NCBI GenBank assembly: GCA_053919585.1
Contig: CM132819.1
Reading direction: 5' to 3' (one strand)
Origin: Euprymna scolopes
Taxonomy: Eukaryota
DNA length: 64,000 nt
The translations under genes and the position numbers were made by a program. Shown in pieces: positions 25,345-37,451 of this stretch. Positions within the stretch are counted from its first letter, which is position 1. Each line of letters opens with the position of its first letter. Below the pieces are notes generated by a model. It was not told the origin of the DNA, made no database searches, and worked only from the letters and a program-made list of their open reading frames with translations.

Positions 25345-27420
25345 GTTTATTATCTCCACAGGTGCTTGCCATTGATTTCTCGCTCACAATAACCATTGGT
25401 GTTCATTTGAATTTGGGTAATTATAAGCCTCTTCTGGAGCATATTTTTCATCCCGCTTCACCACTAAATGTCTGATTATTGATTTCCCTCCCTGACCTTT
25501 TGATTATCTTTGACTGTTCTCGATTATACGTGTAAGTCTGTGCCGAAAATACACACATATTATTCTATTTTATTTGTGAAGGTGGAGACGTACTTAACTT
25601 AGCATTTTACATTTGTTTCTCTTCCCTATTCGGTTGTATGTATTTTGTATAGGCGTGTTCTGTTTTTATTGTTTATATTTAAATTGATGGTAAGTGTTTG
25701 AATCTATGCATGTCGGTTTCTACATTCTGATGTTTTCCTCAAGTTTTCAATTGTTTTAGTATGGCTATCCGTTGTAATTTGTCTGTATTTCCTCTGTCTA
25801 TATTCTCACATTTTTTAAATTTTTTAGAGATTTAAATGCCATGTGATTAATCGTGTTATCTTGACTTTCTTTATGCTCCATATCTATTTCTGTCTGGTAT
25901 GTCCAATGATGGAGTACTGTTGCTACATCTGGGCAGGAGCTGCTAGAAAGGGCATCCTTCCTTGACAGAGTTCAAAATAGACTTTGTAGCCTGGTAGGGA
26001 ATGTCCTTTTCTCTTCCCTGTAACCTCTTTCTCACAGAAGAGATGTTGCGTCTCTACTTTATCGTTATTTTCATGGTAAGTGCTTGACTGAGCTCTAATC
26101 TATGGTCCCTACTTGACAACATTTTACAAGAAACACCCATCTAGCAGAAAACACTATCAATAATTTCCCCCACTATTTATCTTTGCCTAAACCTAAACGT
26201 AGATTCCATGAACACAGCTTCTTTCTTAGAACTGCACACCTATGGAATTGTCTTCTGTTTTCCTGCTTTCCAGCTGCCTACAATATGGTTGTGTCCAAGC
26301 CTAACATAAACAAGTTTTTGATGAGCCGTTCCATATGTAAACAAATCTACCGAATTTCGATCACTAACGATTACTATAATGCCCAATTATCTTCCTTACA
26401 CTCTTTAACCCTCATCCTCAAGTGACCTCTTGGCCTTGATAAGTGGTGATGCCTACGTAAAAAAATGTCAACTCTTTCGTATATTTGCGTCGCTTTCAAC
26501 TCCCCTTGATATTCATTCTCTGATCTACTGAGACGACAAAATTTACGATCTGGCAATTTTTTGTGTGTGTATTCCTACGATATCCGGCCTTCTTGTTTGT
26601 GGTTATATCACCATGTCCCAGAAGAGTTTATGATTTCTGCTACGAGTGTTTCTCTGTATCATTTACTGGGCGTCTATAATGCAGCTATTTTCACAGTTCT
26701 CAATGTATTACGCCTTCTCATTTAGTCGTTTCTATTCTATTTAACACTACTTTGCTACATTCACTTATGTGATAAGTTTCAGAATCGGCATTTGCTGTTT
26801 TGTGCTTTGTATATTTTAGTTTCGAATTAGTTTGTTTTAACTGTGTTATGTGGTGCAGCTGTTCGACGTGATTCAATCTGCCTGTTTAGATATCCTTTTT
26901 GTAGCCATGGCCATTTTTTTTCGGGAGACTCTTCTTTTGTCATTTTTATGAATCGTCCCTGTAACTATTTCTTTTTTCATTTTCCTGTCTTGTACATTAC
27001 TTTTAAGCTATGTGTTGTTCATTATTACGGTATGTCTTAGTGTGGTAATTACTCTTTTTTTGTTCTGCGTTATGTGTGTTATAATTGTTTCATACACGAT
27101 CTACCCTACTCCACATCCGTCTTCTTAAGTCTTTCTGTTACGTAGAGACGGTCAACATCATCCTTAATGCGTAATAAATTGTTTTCTCGCTTATTAAGGT
27201 CTAATATTATGTTACTGTTAATGGCACTGATTCGTTGATAAGTGTTGTTAGCTTCAAACTATAGAATTTTCATTCTGTAACTTACTTGGTTTTTACGTAT
27301 TCTTTCTAGATTTTGTATATATGTTCATTTGATGATACGTGTTTCCAGAACCCCACGCATTTCTTGGTGTGACATTCACTTAGTGTTTTCATTGCTCTTT
27401 TGTTGCGTGGTTTCATATTC
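25345..27420 (-). mobile_element. Second, older R4/Dong-like element (5'-truncated), interrupted by a CR1 insertion
   Basis: Minus-strand relics DDVDRLYV (about 27150), WPWLQKGYLNRQIES..TAAPHNTVKTN..NSKCR (26790-26915), NHKLFWD..RRPDIV..CQIVNF (26520-26640). Similarity resumes left of the CR1 at about 25895; the left boundary is approximate. Confidence 0.7.
25894..26467 (+). mobile_element. CR1/L2-group LINE 3' fragment with 3'UTR and A-tail
   Basis: PMMEYCCYIWAGA..LDRVQNRL..PLSHRRDVAS..YRYFHGKC..SFFLRTAHLWN..CFPAAYN; 3'UTR gccttgataagtggtga..gtaaaaaaa is shared with 47270-47307. Confidence 0.92.
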
Positions 27421-27492
27421 TTTGTTGCCATTTATTTTCTTCTTCTTATTATTATTAGCGTTATTATTATTATTATTTAATTCTTCTTCTTC

Positions 27493-27553
<61 letters not shown>

Positions 27554-27996
27554 TAAGATGATATTAATAAAAGAAATACTTTTTTGTAATCACGTACAGG
27601 CAGGCGTGAGCAACTAAGCGAATTTGCGTCGATGGTATTCGGTTAGAGACGAAAGTTTTTGATCAATATCGTATATAATAAATACTTACTATTAATAGTT
27701 CCGTCGGACAGAAGCAGGAAAAGAGTAAACCCCCATGTGAAAATCGAAGTGCTTTACAAGAAGCCAAACAAAATAACGTGTCTAGCATTATTGCCAAAAC
27801 AGCAGAAACTTCAGAAAAAAATTGTAAAAAAAAACACGTAGCAAAAATGTTCATCTTAAACCTAGTGATATAGATCCGTTCTGTCTTGTAATATCAATAA
27901 TCAGCAATATCTTAACAGGAATATTTTATACACAAGATGATCCTTATGTTACATCACGCAGATACGATAGGTTTATAAATCCTTCACACCCCGTGT

Positions 27997-28075
27997 CTCG
28001 TCGTCGTCGTCGTCGTCGTCATCGTCGTCGTCGTCGTCGTCGTTGTCACAGTTGTTTCATCGCCGTCGTTGTCGT
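27997..28075. repeat. (TCG)n microsatellite
   Basis: About 15 TCG units with one TCA interruption, followed by a degenerate extension. Confidence 0.95.
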
Positions 28076-28710
28076 CGGCATCGCTCTCATTACCTTCGTC
28101 GTTGTGAATTCTGGTCATTCTTTTTTTCTGTTGATAACATCAGGACGGCATTTGTTAGGGTGGTTACAAAAAATGTATTCCCAAAGGCAGAAACAGAAAC
28201 TACGTATGAACAAAAAATAGATTAGGAGATAATGATTGGGAAGATATCGACAGATGTTCGGCTTTAATGCATTAGCCACTATTCATATAGATACGGTGAC
28301 CGCAGCTCCATGATCTGTTTATGCCTAAAAATACTCTTGTCTTTATCTAATTAACCGTGGCAATCTATAGTTATGGTTATCACTATCTCTTTCTCTTTCC
28401 CTCTCTCTCCCCCCTCTCTCTCTCTCTCTGTCTCTCTCTCTCTCTCTGTCTTCTATGTTTTTATAACTGTCGCCTTTATTTGATCAGTTTATCCTTTTCC
28501 TCTTTTGTGTAAATGAAGTTCAGCTTCTGTGTTTTATTAATCTACACAATTTTTACTGGTCCGTTTACCATCCCTCTCTCCTCCTACTCCCATTCAGAAT
28601 CATATCATTGTTGTTGCCGTTCGTTTTCCGATAATTTTACAGTTAGAATTTTCTATAAAAACATCAAGTGCTTACAGAAACCACTAATTGGAGGAGGCTA
28701 ACATGCTAAG

Positions 28711-29133
28711 TGAATATAAACATTTTAATCTTAAATGTTTATTTACCTCAGTCAGACAGTGATCTAATCCTTATACGATGATCTATGCATAAGAGCTACA
28801 TTGACCGTCTGTAATTCAACTGAAAGTGCTCAACGATAAGAAACGAATTTCTTAAAGGGGCTGCTATAATTATTTTTTTGCTGCAATAATTAAATACCTA
28901 CATACACTAGTGTTTCATCCTTCCGGGAATCTTCAGTGCAAGGTGTCACGATTAACACCAGTCGAACGATTCGAACTCCGCAACACGAGACATCTCTTGC
29001 TCGATTAGCCGTATCAATTCGGCTAGCATTAACCGCGTGAAATAACGTTGAATTTAAACATTTTAATTTTAAATGTTCATTTACTTCAGTCAGATAGTGA
29101 TCTAATCGTTATACGATGATCTATGCATAAGAG
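28711..29133. repeat. 85-bp direct repeat with 338-bp period bracketing the hammerhead SINE
   Basis: 28711-28795 matches 29049-29133 (tgaat.taaacattttaat..cagtcaga.agtgatctaatc.ttatacgatgatctatgcataagag); the second copy runs into a gap. Confidence 0.9.
28890..29035 (-). mobile_element. tRNA-head SINE-like element with hammerhead (28897-28942)
   Basis: Minus strand: A box TAGCCGAATTG, B box GAGTTCGAATC, then cttgca-CTGAAGA-ttcc(cggaa)ggat-GAAA-cactagtg-T-A-tgtagg. Stem III is the palindrome ACACTAGTGT; the first stem II pair is mismatched. Confidence 0.8.
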
Positions 29134-29696
29134 NNNNNNNNNNNNNNNNNNNNNNNNNNNNNNNNNNNNNNNNNNNNNNNNNNNNNNNNNNNNNNNNNNN
29201 NNNNNNNNNNNNNNNNNNNNNNNNNNNNNNNNNNNNNNNNNNNNNNNNNNNNNNNNNNNNNNNNNNNNNNNNNNNNTTTACCCAAGTAATATAACCAAAC
29301 AAATGTGAAACGCTTTATAGAGTCAACAGGCGCAGACATAAATAAAAAAAAGTAACCGAATGCTAATGAATATCACACCGGATTAAAACAGTGCACGAAA
29401 ACTGTAAATGTGCAATTAACTCATTTCTCAAATTTGCTATCGATGTAAACATGTTTTTCTGAAGAATCTGAAATCTGAAGAACATATTTTATATTTAAAA
29501 TATTAGAAATCTATTCATGACGGAAAAGTATGTCGCTCTACTTTAGACCAGATCCAAATTCTGTACTTGCTTCATCTTTAACTTTGCTTTGTTCTATTTA
29601 TCATGCATTGCGGACAAAATTAAGTAAGTTGTTTTGTATGAAAAACAATGCAATAAAATGTAGTTAGCTAATCGAAGGCGCATACACAAACACACG

Positions 29697-29776
<80 letters not shown>

Positions 29777-29932
29777 AAGTTACAATTAAGTTTACCAAAA
29801 TGATACTAGATAGTAAATCTGAAGTATATAATAAAGATTAAAGAATTAATATTTATAAAGTAATCTCAATCGGATGTAAAAGCTCGATAAAACAAAATAG
29901 GAGATGGATCTTATAATAAGAGCAAGTAGTTA

Positions 29933-30090
29933 ATAAAACATGTTAAAACACTTTGAAAACGAGTTAAAAACATATTAAATTTGAAAAGGAAACACTAAAT
30001 AAGTGGATAAAGGACTACTCACTTACTTATTGTTTCCTTTTGAAATTAAATGTTTTTAACCTTTTTCAAATTGTTTTTAACATGTTTTAT
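29933..30090. repeat. Imperfect palindrome with arms of about 70 bp
   Basis: 29933-30005 is the reverse complement of 30020-30090, with a 14-nt spacer; it ends at a gap. Confidence 0.85.
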
Positions 30091-30714
30091 NNNNNNNNNN
30101 NNNNNNNNNNNNNNNNNNNNNNNNNNNNNNNNNNNNNNNNNNNNNNNNNNNNNNNNNNNNNNNNNNNNNNNNNNNNNNNNNNNNNNNNNNNNNNNNNNNN
30201 NNNNNNNNNNNNNNNNNNNNNNNNNNNNNNNNNNNNNNNNNTGACTTGAAAAATATTAATAGTTGGTATTATTTGATTATTCCTATAATTATTATCATGC
30301 TTGTTATTTTTCAAACCCGTCATTTGATAAAATCTCTGATCCTCAATTTTTGTTTTTTCCTGAACTAAGATCTATTAATGTCGGATATTGAACCTTACCC
30401 GGAGTATCGGATTCATCGGCATTTATAAAAGAGCAGTACGTAGTGTTCTGTACTGAACATTTGAATTGTGTGTATTACTTATTTTATTATTATTTATTAT
30501 CATTTTATGTAAGCATGGGTCATTATAAAATGATTACTGCAAACTCTTTTCATCTTAGCGCGACGACCATGTAATCATATTTCAACATCATCATCGTATA
30601 CGACAGAAAATTATTGTGAACTGTGATAATCGATCAAAACTAAGCTTTTCAACATAAAATATTGAAGAGTCATAAAGACAGGAGCATTAAATCGTAATAC
30701 CGCTGGTGCTTCAG

Positions 30715-31904
30715 AATTTATTTTGCTACAGATCTCCGTCATTGATAATGTGGTTTTACGAGCGATGAAGAACACTATTAATACCTTGCCAGAAAAAGTC
30801 AACAAATGCCGAAGTGGTACATGTTTTCTCAGCTGGAATTAGGGCGATTTCGTTGGAAATTGTTGTCTATGTAATGCGTCCTTCAGAGATATGAAAAAGT
30901 GGAAATCTGACTACGCCAGGTCGGGACTATATCGTTGATGAAAAAGCTCCGTTTCGCTAAAGATTGTCACACATTCCAAGGTCTTCAAACTTGTTTGTAG
31001 CCTAGCGTTGTCGCGTTACAAAAATATGTTTCCAGATTTTTGTTGACCTCAAACAGCCAATAAGTTTTCAGCTTTTCCAATGTTTCACCATAAACATAGG
31101 ATTTGAAATTCAACCCCGCTTCTAAGAAATCCAGAAGAATATTGCTGTTCCGTCCCAGATGACTTTGCCCATCACATAAACCACATATGTCTTCGTCTTT
31201 AATTACTATTTTACTGAGGGGGCTGTCTTGTCATTCTATCGACTGCCGTTTAATATCCAGTTCATACTTATTAAACCACCTCTTGTCACAAGACGATTAA
31301 TTCGGCTTCGGGCTGATGAAACAATTCCGCCAGACATCTCGTCGATGATCCGTTTGTCCGATGGAATTATTCGTGGAATCCACTTAGCACACATTTTACT
31401 GTATTCCAGGAATGATAACATTATTTCCAATGCTTTAACCTCCACATTAAATTCTACACACATTTTCTTAAATGTTATTTTCCGATCTTTGTGGATGAAT
31501 TGCTCGACGTGCACAGGGTTTTCTAGGTGATGACTTATGCAGGGATGTCCGTAGTGTTCTTTGCAACTCACATTTCTGTTGCCACTTCTAAATCGAGGAA
31601 CCTACCTTCTACCTATGCTGACATCAACTGCATCGGTTTTTTTAAACATTCACCAGGCAGTGACGAATTTTGTTAGATTATATATTTTCGGTCTGACGGA
31701 ATTTACTGACGGATGGTCTGACGCACGTCCATTAGTAACGTATATATAATAGAGTTTCAAACTATCAATGTCGTCAGCAAAATAATATAAGTTTCTGTTT
31801 ACAAATGCATGAGTTCATTCATCATAACAATGGAATTTGCTATCTCCCTGATTTATTTGTGCGAAATAAAACCAGGGTGTATTGCTTTTAGAACGACCCT
31901 CGTA
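30715..31904 (-). mobile_element. Mariner transposon relic
   Basis: TIR TA|CGAGGGTCGTTCTAAAAG at the right end; HKDRKIT..YSKMCAKWIPR (WVPHEL-equivalent motif); YSPDLA*SDFH at about 30900-30935. The left TIR was not found. Confidence 0.88.
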
Positions 31905-32229
31905 TGTATAAATATGCAATTTTGTTAACTATATATAAAAATACAATTTTAAACAAAACATGACTTACTGGATCAAGACAGAATAACTTCTTTTCGATCC
32001 AAACACTTAAAATAATGCGACTAACTAAAAGAATACATTTTAAAAAGTTGAATTCTTAAGTGTTTGTGGAATTCTAACAGATTTCAATTTTCAATTAGCA
32101 CGGATTGCATTCCAATTCAGCCCTTTAATTAACTGGTCGCGTCTTTTGAATGAAATGAAATTGAATCGGCTGTTCGTATGACCAGAGCCAATCAAAATGA
32201 GATGGAAAACAAAATAAGAAATGCGGAAT

Positions 32230-32280
<51 letters not shown>

Positions 32281-33739
32281 AGAAAAGATAGACGAAATAA
32301 CAAACACGATAATAATTTCCCAGAATACAGGCAAAGACATATCGCCATAACGGCGAACCAGGTCCAACAATTCTCATTGATCACAATGTCTCCATTTCCA
32401 ACGGAATGGCCGCTCGTATCGTTCGCTTTCAATTTTTTGTCGACCTGAATTCAATATGGTCGTTTTAATGGCCGTCACTAATAATTAGTATTTTATAAAA
32501 ATTTCTATTTTGTTATCTTGTTTCTTTTAATCTATTTTTCAATCTTTGTCAAGATGCGTTCATCGAAACTCTATAATTCACTTTAGCAAATAAAAATGAT
32601 TAAAATAAAGAAAGATTAAGGGAGTTGATTGGAGAAATAAAAACAAATTATTCATTTCGCTTTTTGTTTCAATTTTGCAAGTCAGATTTTAGTGAAGTCC
32701 AGATAGCATTCGGGGTCACTGACTCAATTTATTAAGTTATCGCATGTTATTCTCCTTAGATATTTTTTTTTATCCAAATTTCTATTTATAAAAAGATAAA
32801 ATCAAAATTTCTATTTATAAAAAAAGATAAACGCTAATCTAAGATGCGTCATTTAATTATACCATTTTATGGTGTGAAACCTACTTTAAAGGAAACGTGA
32901 CAGACTAACACAAATCATAACGCATGGACCCATTAAAATAATAAGCTTGATCAACTTACGGATATGATATTTTAAACTCGTGCATAACAGAAGATGAACG
33001 CTTATTTCAAACTTTAGCTTTACAGATCAATGTAAGCAATATTTCAAACATAAATGTCACCTAAAAACGAATGTAGCAAAATTAAACTTTAAACAACTAG
33101 AAAGAGTATTTCAAGCATAGGTGTATCAGGAAAAATATATTTGATTCACAACTTAAGCCTAACAGAAAAAATGAAACAATACCCGTTGAATAAAACAGTA
33201 TTTGAGCGTAACCGTTACGAAGTAACAGAAATTGTATCTGCAAAATAAGCGTGGCAGCGGATGAAAGTATTTTTCAAACTTAAGCTTTACACAAATGATA
33301 TAAAGCTACATTTAGCCAGGCAAGCATTCCGTATCATTCTTTATATGTCTATTGGCATCGATAAGTTGTGACTCCAAGCTAGTGTAAAAAGAAATAGGCA
33401 AACTAATAAACTGACCGATGACTATTACATATTAATTACCTTGTTATGATAAAACTATATCTCACATTTTTATAAGTTAATAGTGTAATACTTAATCTAA
33501 TCCAATAAAAGTATCCAAACCAGAATTAAATGTTTGTTTTTTTTTTAAACAAGGGTACTCAGTACACACTTTTTTGTGGCCAAGTATGTCACAATTTTAT
33601 CGTTCTACCCTATAGTTTATTTCGACTATTTATCGAACTGTCTGTTTCTGGCAGGATGACAATACTAATAGAAAACAAAACAAATTCACTATAATAGCAA
33701 AAAAAAATACTACAATGTGTTCCCAGCATTCGGTTTACC

Positions 33740-34150
33740 ATATTCCAGCATTAAATAATATGTTCGATACTTGATTCGCAGCCTTTAATAGGCTTAAGAC
33801 AGTCCATTAAAACTCGTGAGTATCCATCGGTTTGTCACACTTAGGTATGAGGAAGCGTTTTTTATCGTTGAGTTTGTAGGTTGAATGGGCGTATCTACAG
33901 AATATTATCATTCTCTGGGGATGTTGCAAACATGGTTTGGTAGCAAGAAATCGAAATCTGACCGAAGAAACATTCTTGAAATAGGTCAGTGCTTTCTAAA
34001 AAAATGCAGGAATGATTTTTTTTAGAGCAGATTGGCAGATACGAGGAAATTGTTCGGCAGTGCAAAAATGGACAATTGATTCGAACTTCGGAAACATTCG
34101 GACGGTTGAAGAGCGGGATTGGTACAGATAACGCATTAATGCTGCGGTAT
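33740..34150 (+). mobile_element. Possible highly decayed RTE-like LINE 3' region
   Basis: Faint AAFNRLKTV..L.Y..A..RLNG-like translation; by eye only. Confidence 0.25.
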
Positions 34151-34269
34151 GATATAACCTGACGAGGGATAAAGTTCTTAGCATGTAACAGTCAGTCGAA
34201 GTACGCCTGATAACTCTATGGTGTTGGATATTGATAGAGAGATAATAAAATATTAGAAATAAAAAATAA

Positions 34270-34341
34270 AATATATACTGTGGTATATATACTGTAGTAT
34301 ATATACTGTGGTATATATATATACTGTGGTATATATACTAC
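34270..34341. repeat. 14-bp minisatellite (atatatactgtggt), about 5 copies
   Basis: Directly visible. Confidence 0.9.
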
Positions 34342-34863
34342 ATGTGCATGAACTGGAATTGCTATAGTTGTAATACGTTCAAATCTATTTTAGAAGTATT
34401 TATATCTACGGAACAATACATTTATCTTAAAATAAAAACAATGACAGAAATGCAAGCATGGATCTAACTAAAAAAACGTATTCTATTGAGTGAGTGTATT
34501 ATTGTAGTAACACTTCCAGAATTTCCAACTACTATGAAACAGATTCAGAACCGTATTATGTATCTAAGTTTATAAATCTACATTCATTAAAATAACATGG
34601 TACAACAATAATAAATAAACTTGCATAGTCCAAATTATACTTTAATCTTTTAGCTAAAATTGTGTGAATATCGACACTTAAAAATTCATATTTTACAGTA
34701 TGCATGATACTATAGTTCAAAAAATGATGACGTGACTATTAATTGTGCCCAATGTAAATCATATCTTTTAGATTAAAAGATGTTTGGCGAACAAATTGTC
34801 GTTTGTTTACATCAATGCGTCTATTCTAATCAAGCACCCTACATATATTGTAAATAACATAGA

Positions 34864-35660
34864 TACGAGGCGCGTTCAATAAGTTTTTAGACATGGAAAC
34901 TTTTGTTGATAGTACACACATAAAAGTCTAATCTCCTTTCGAAATAATATCCTCCAGCTGCACTACACTTGTGTTATCGTTGCAACAACTTCTGAAAAGT
35001 CTCATGGCTGTGCTCATGCGTAAGAGAGCGCCAATGACACTCGTCACAGCTTCTTTAAAACTCCCCTGTTGTTTGAAAGCAGCCACCTCTAAAATTTTCC
35101 TTAACCTTATAAAATATCCGAAATTCACAAAGAATGAAGTCTGGACTGATAGAAGAGTTGGGAACTGTCTTGATGGCTATCTTGGTCAAATAGTTTGTGA
35201 CAATGATTGCGTTATAACTGATGCATTCGTTCAAATCTCCCTCATCGTCAGTCTCTCGCTAATTATAATGTTTGTGCATTTCTCACCTTGGCCCCAAGTT
35301 GTGCACTTCTTGTCTCTATAGAAATATGAAATTCTTTATTTGACCAATCAACTCTGGTTTACTGACATGCTTATTCCTCTCACACCTCTCATCATTTCTC
35401 ACAGACTCTCTGCCATCTTTGACTATTTCGTGTCACTAAATAACTGACGCTTGATTGATGTTAGATGTTCAAAATACAGTCTGACGTATTTCATACCTTT
35501 GTTTATATTTTCTAAATTTAAAACAGACTTTTATTGCATACCGTTTTTCTAAAGTGTTCTCGCATACAGATTGCCTTTTTAAAATTTAAAATTCATAAGC
35601 CTTGACAATCCTGCATTAATAGGCGGTATTCAAATCTCTGTTTAAGATGTTCCTTTCAAA
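34864..35660 (-). mobile_element. Internally deleted mariner element
   Basis: TIR TA|CGAGGCGCGTTCAATAAGTT at 34864; C-terminal FKEAVTSVI..KGD*; N-terminal HTH relic EKRYAIKVCFK..KDGRESVRNDERC..PELIGQIKNF (35330-35550). Most of the catalytic domain is missing. Confidence 0.85.
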
Positions 35661-35885
35661 CCTCGTGGTCCATAGGATACTTAACCTATTTTGATCAGAC
35701 AACCAATTTTGCTCTAGCATATGGGATGAGTGATGACACTCACTGAATTGTCAGGCAAGGGTTTGCGCAACTCCAACAACTCATCTCATGATTCGGCATT
35801 GCTTGAGTAATGTGGCAAGGAAAGTGCAGAAAGAGGAAACAAAACCAGGATAAATGGAGAGCACATATAGATTCTCGTATCCACA

Positions 35886-35954
<69 letters not shown>

Positions 35955-36264
35955 TACTGGCCAGATTCAACGACACCTTAGTCCAATGGTCCAGTATGAA
36001 TTGGTAAGTCACCGTTACTATGTCATAAAACAGATTACGTATATGCCGTAAAAAGTGAAGATTTTTCACCAATGAAAACACATAAGTACTAGTCATGTAA
36101 CAAGAACAAACGTTAGTTTTCTTCATAAACGTTAGTGTACATACAACTTTTATAATGAAATTAACATAAAATACTTTTATCGCCTTATTTAATTTTCACA
36201 AAATTAAGTTGGAAACGTTCGGTTGTATATATCACCACTGAAAGTATAATACAAAATAAAAGGC

Positions 36265-36965
36265 TTGGCGTGAAGTGGTTGCTAATGTAAGTAGTGTGAT
36301 ATAACGAAACAATCTATCTGTGGATGAAAATAAATGCTTCCTCTGTTGGGTTGAGTATATTGATGGGCGGGCGCAAGGACAAACTGCCGCTAGCGAATAA
36401 GGCAATGTTCTTTTTGTAAACGAATAAATATTAGTCGTTTGGACAATGCTTAATCATTGTAATTTGGCATCCCTATCTTAGCCAAATAGAGTTACATTGA
36501 GAAGCGTTGACGATCGTCTTTGTGGTCAAGATTACATCCTGGCGCGAGGTAGTTGCTAATTTAGCCGTACTGAAGAGTTGTAATACAGGGTGACACAAAA
36601 ATAAAAGAGGACATTCAATTGTTTTTTCTAAGCATTTTACAGTCAAGGGAGAAAAAGCCCAAACGCCCTAGTGTTTTGATGTGATTTTTTGAATATAATA
36701 AACTAGTAATGACCAAAGTTTCGTTTCATTCGGACAAAACACTAAGAAACGGTGCCTAATTAGAGTTGGGGCCCGTTTTTTGGGTCACACTGTACAACGA
36801 AACAGTTTATCTATGGATGATTATAAATGCTCCTTATATTAGATTGAGTATATTAGGGACGAAGTAATAAACTGCCTCTAGCGTATAAAGCAATGTTCTA
36901 TGTGTAATGTTCTTTGTGCTTGGAAAAGTTTAATCATTGAAATATAGCATACCTATCTTAACAGA
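36265..36965. repeat. Diverged tandem duplication of about 275 bp; the second copy carries the MITE
   Basis: tggcg.ga.gt.gttgctaat..aacgaaaca..tatct.tggatga..taaatgct..ttgagtatatt..aaactgcc.ctagcg..gcaatgttct..ttaatcattg..cctatctta occurs twice. Confidence 0.85.
36586..36792. mobile_element. 207-bp Tc1/mariner-type MITE
   Basis: TA target duplication (36584-85 and 36793-94); TIRs CAGGGTGACACAAAAA and TTTTTGGGTCACACTG (2 mismatches); non-coding interior. Confidence 0.88.
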
Positions 36966-37408
36966 AGCAAAATAGGGATTTCAGTTGAAGTTTTCGATTA
37001 TCGATGTTCGATACTTATCTGATGTATTCCGATACAAACCTTANNNNNNNNNNNNNNNNNNNNNNNNNNNNNNNNNNNNNNNNNNNNNNNNNNNNNNNNN
37101 NNNNNNNNNNNNNNNNNNNNNNNNNNNNNNNNNNNNNNNNNNNNNNNNNNNNNNNNNNNNNNNNNNNNNNNNGAAAACAGTACACACGCCTAGACACACA
37201 CACGCGTGCATACACATGTATATTTTATAGAATTAGATATATGTGAGACACTATAATAAAATCATAATTTACTCAATTATCATGAACATATGTTTGGGAA
37301 ATTATAGAATATTGCAGGTAAGCGTGAAATAAAAACAAACTCCAATGTGGATTTTATTTGTCTGCCTTTTGAAACTGATTTTAATTCAAAATTATGAATC
37401 GTTTTACT

Positions 37409-37449
<41 letters not shown>

Positions 37450-37451
<2 letters not shown>

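Noticed and set aside
27993-28220. Protamine-like poly-Arg ORF
   Set aside because: Explained by the (TCG)n microsatellite; it has a non-ATG start.
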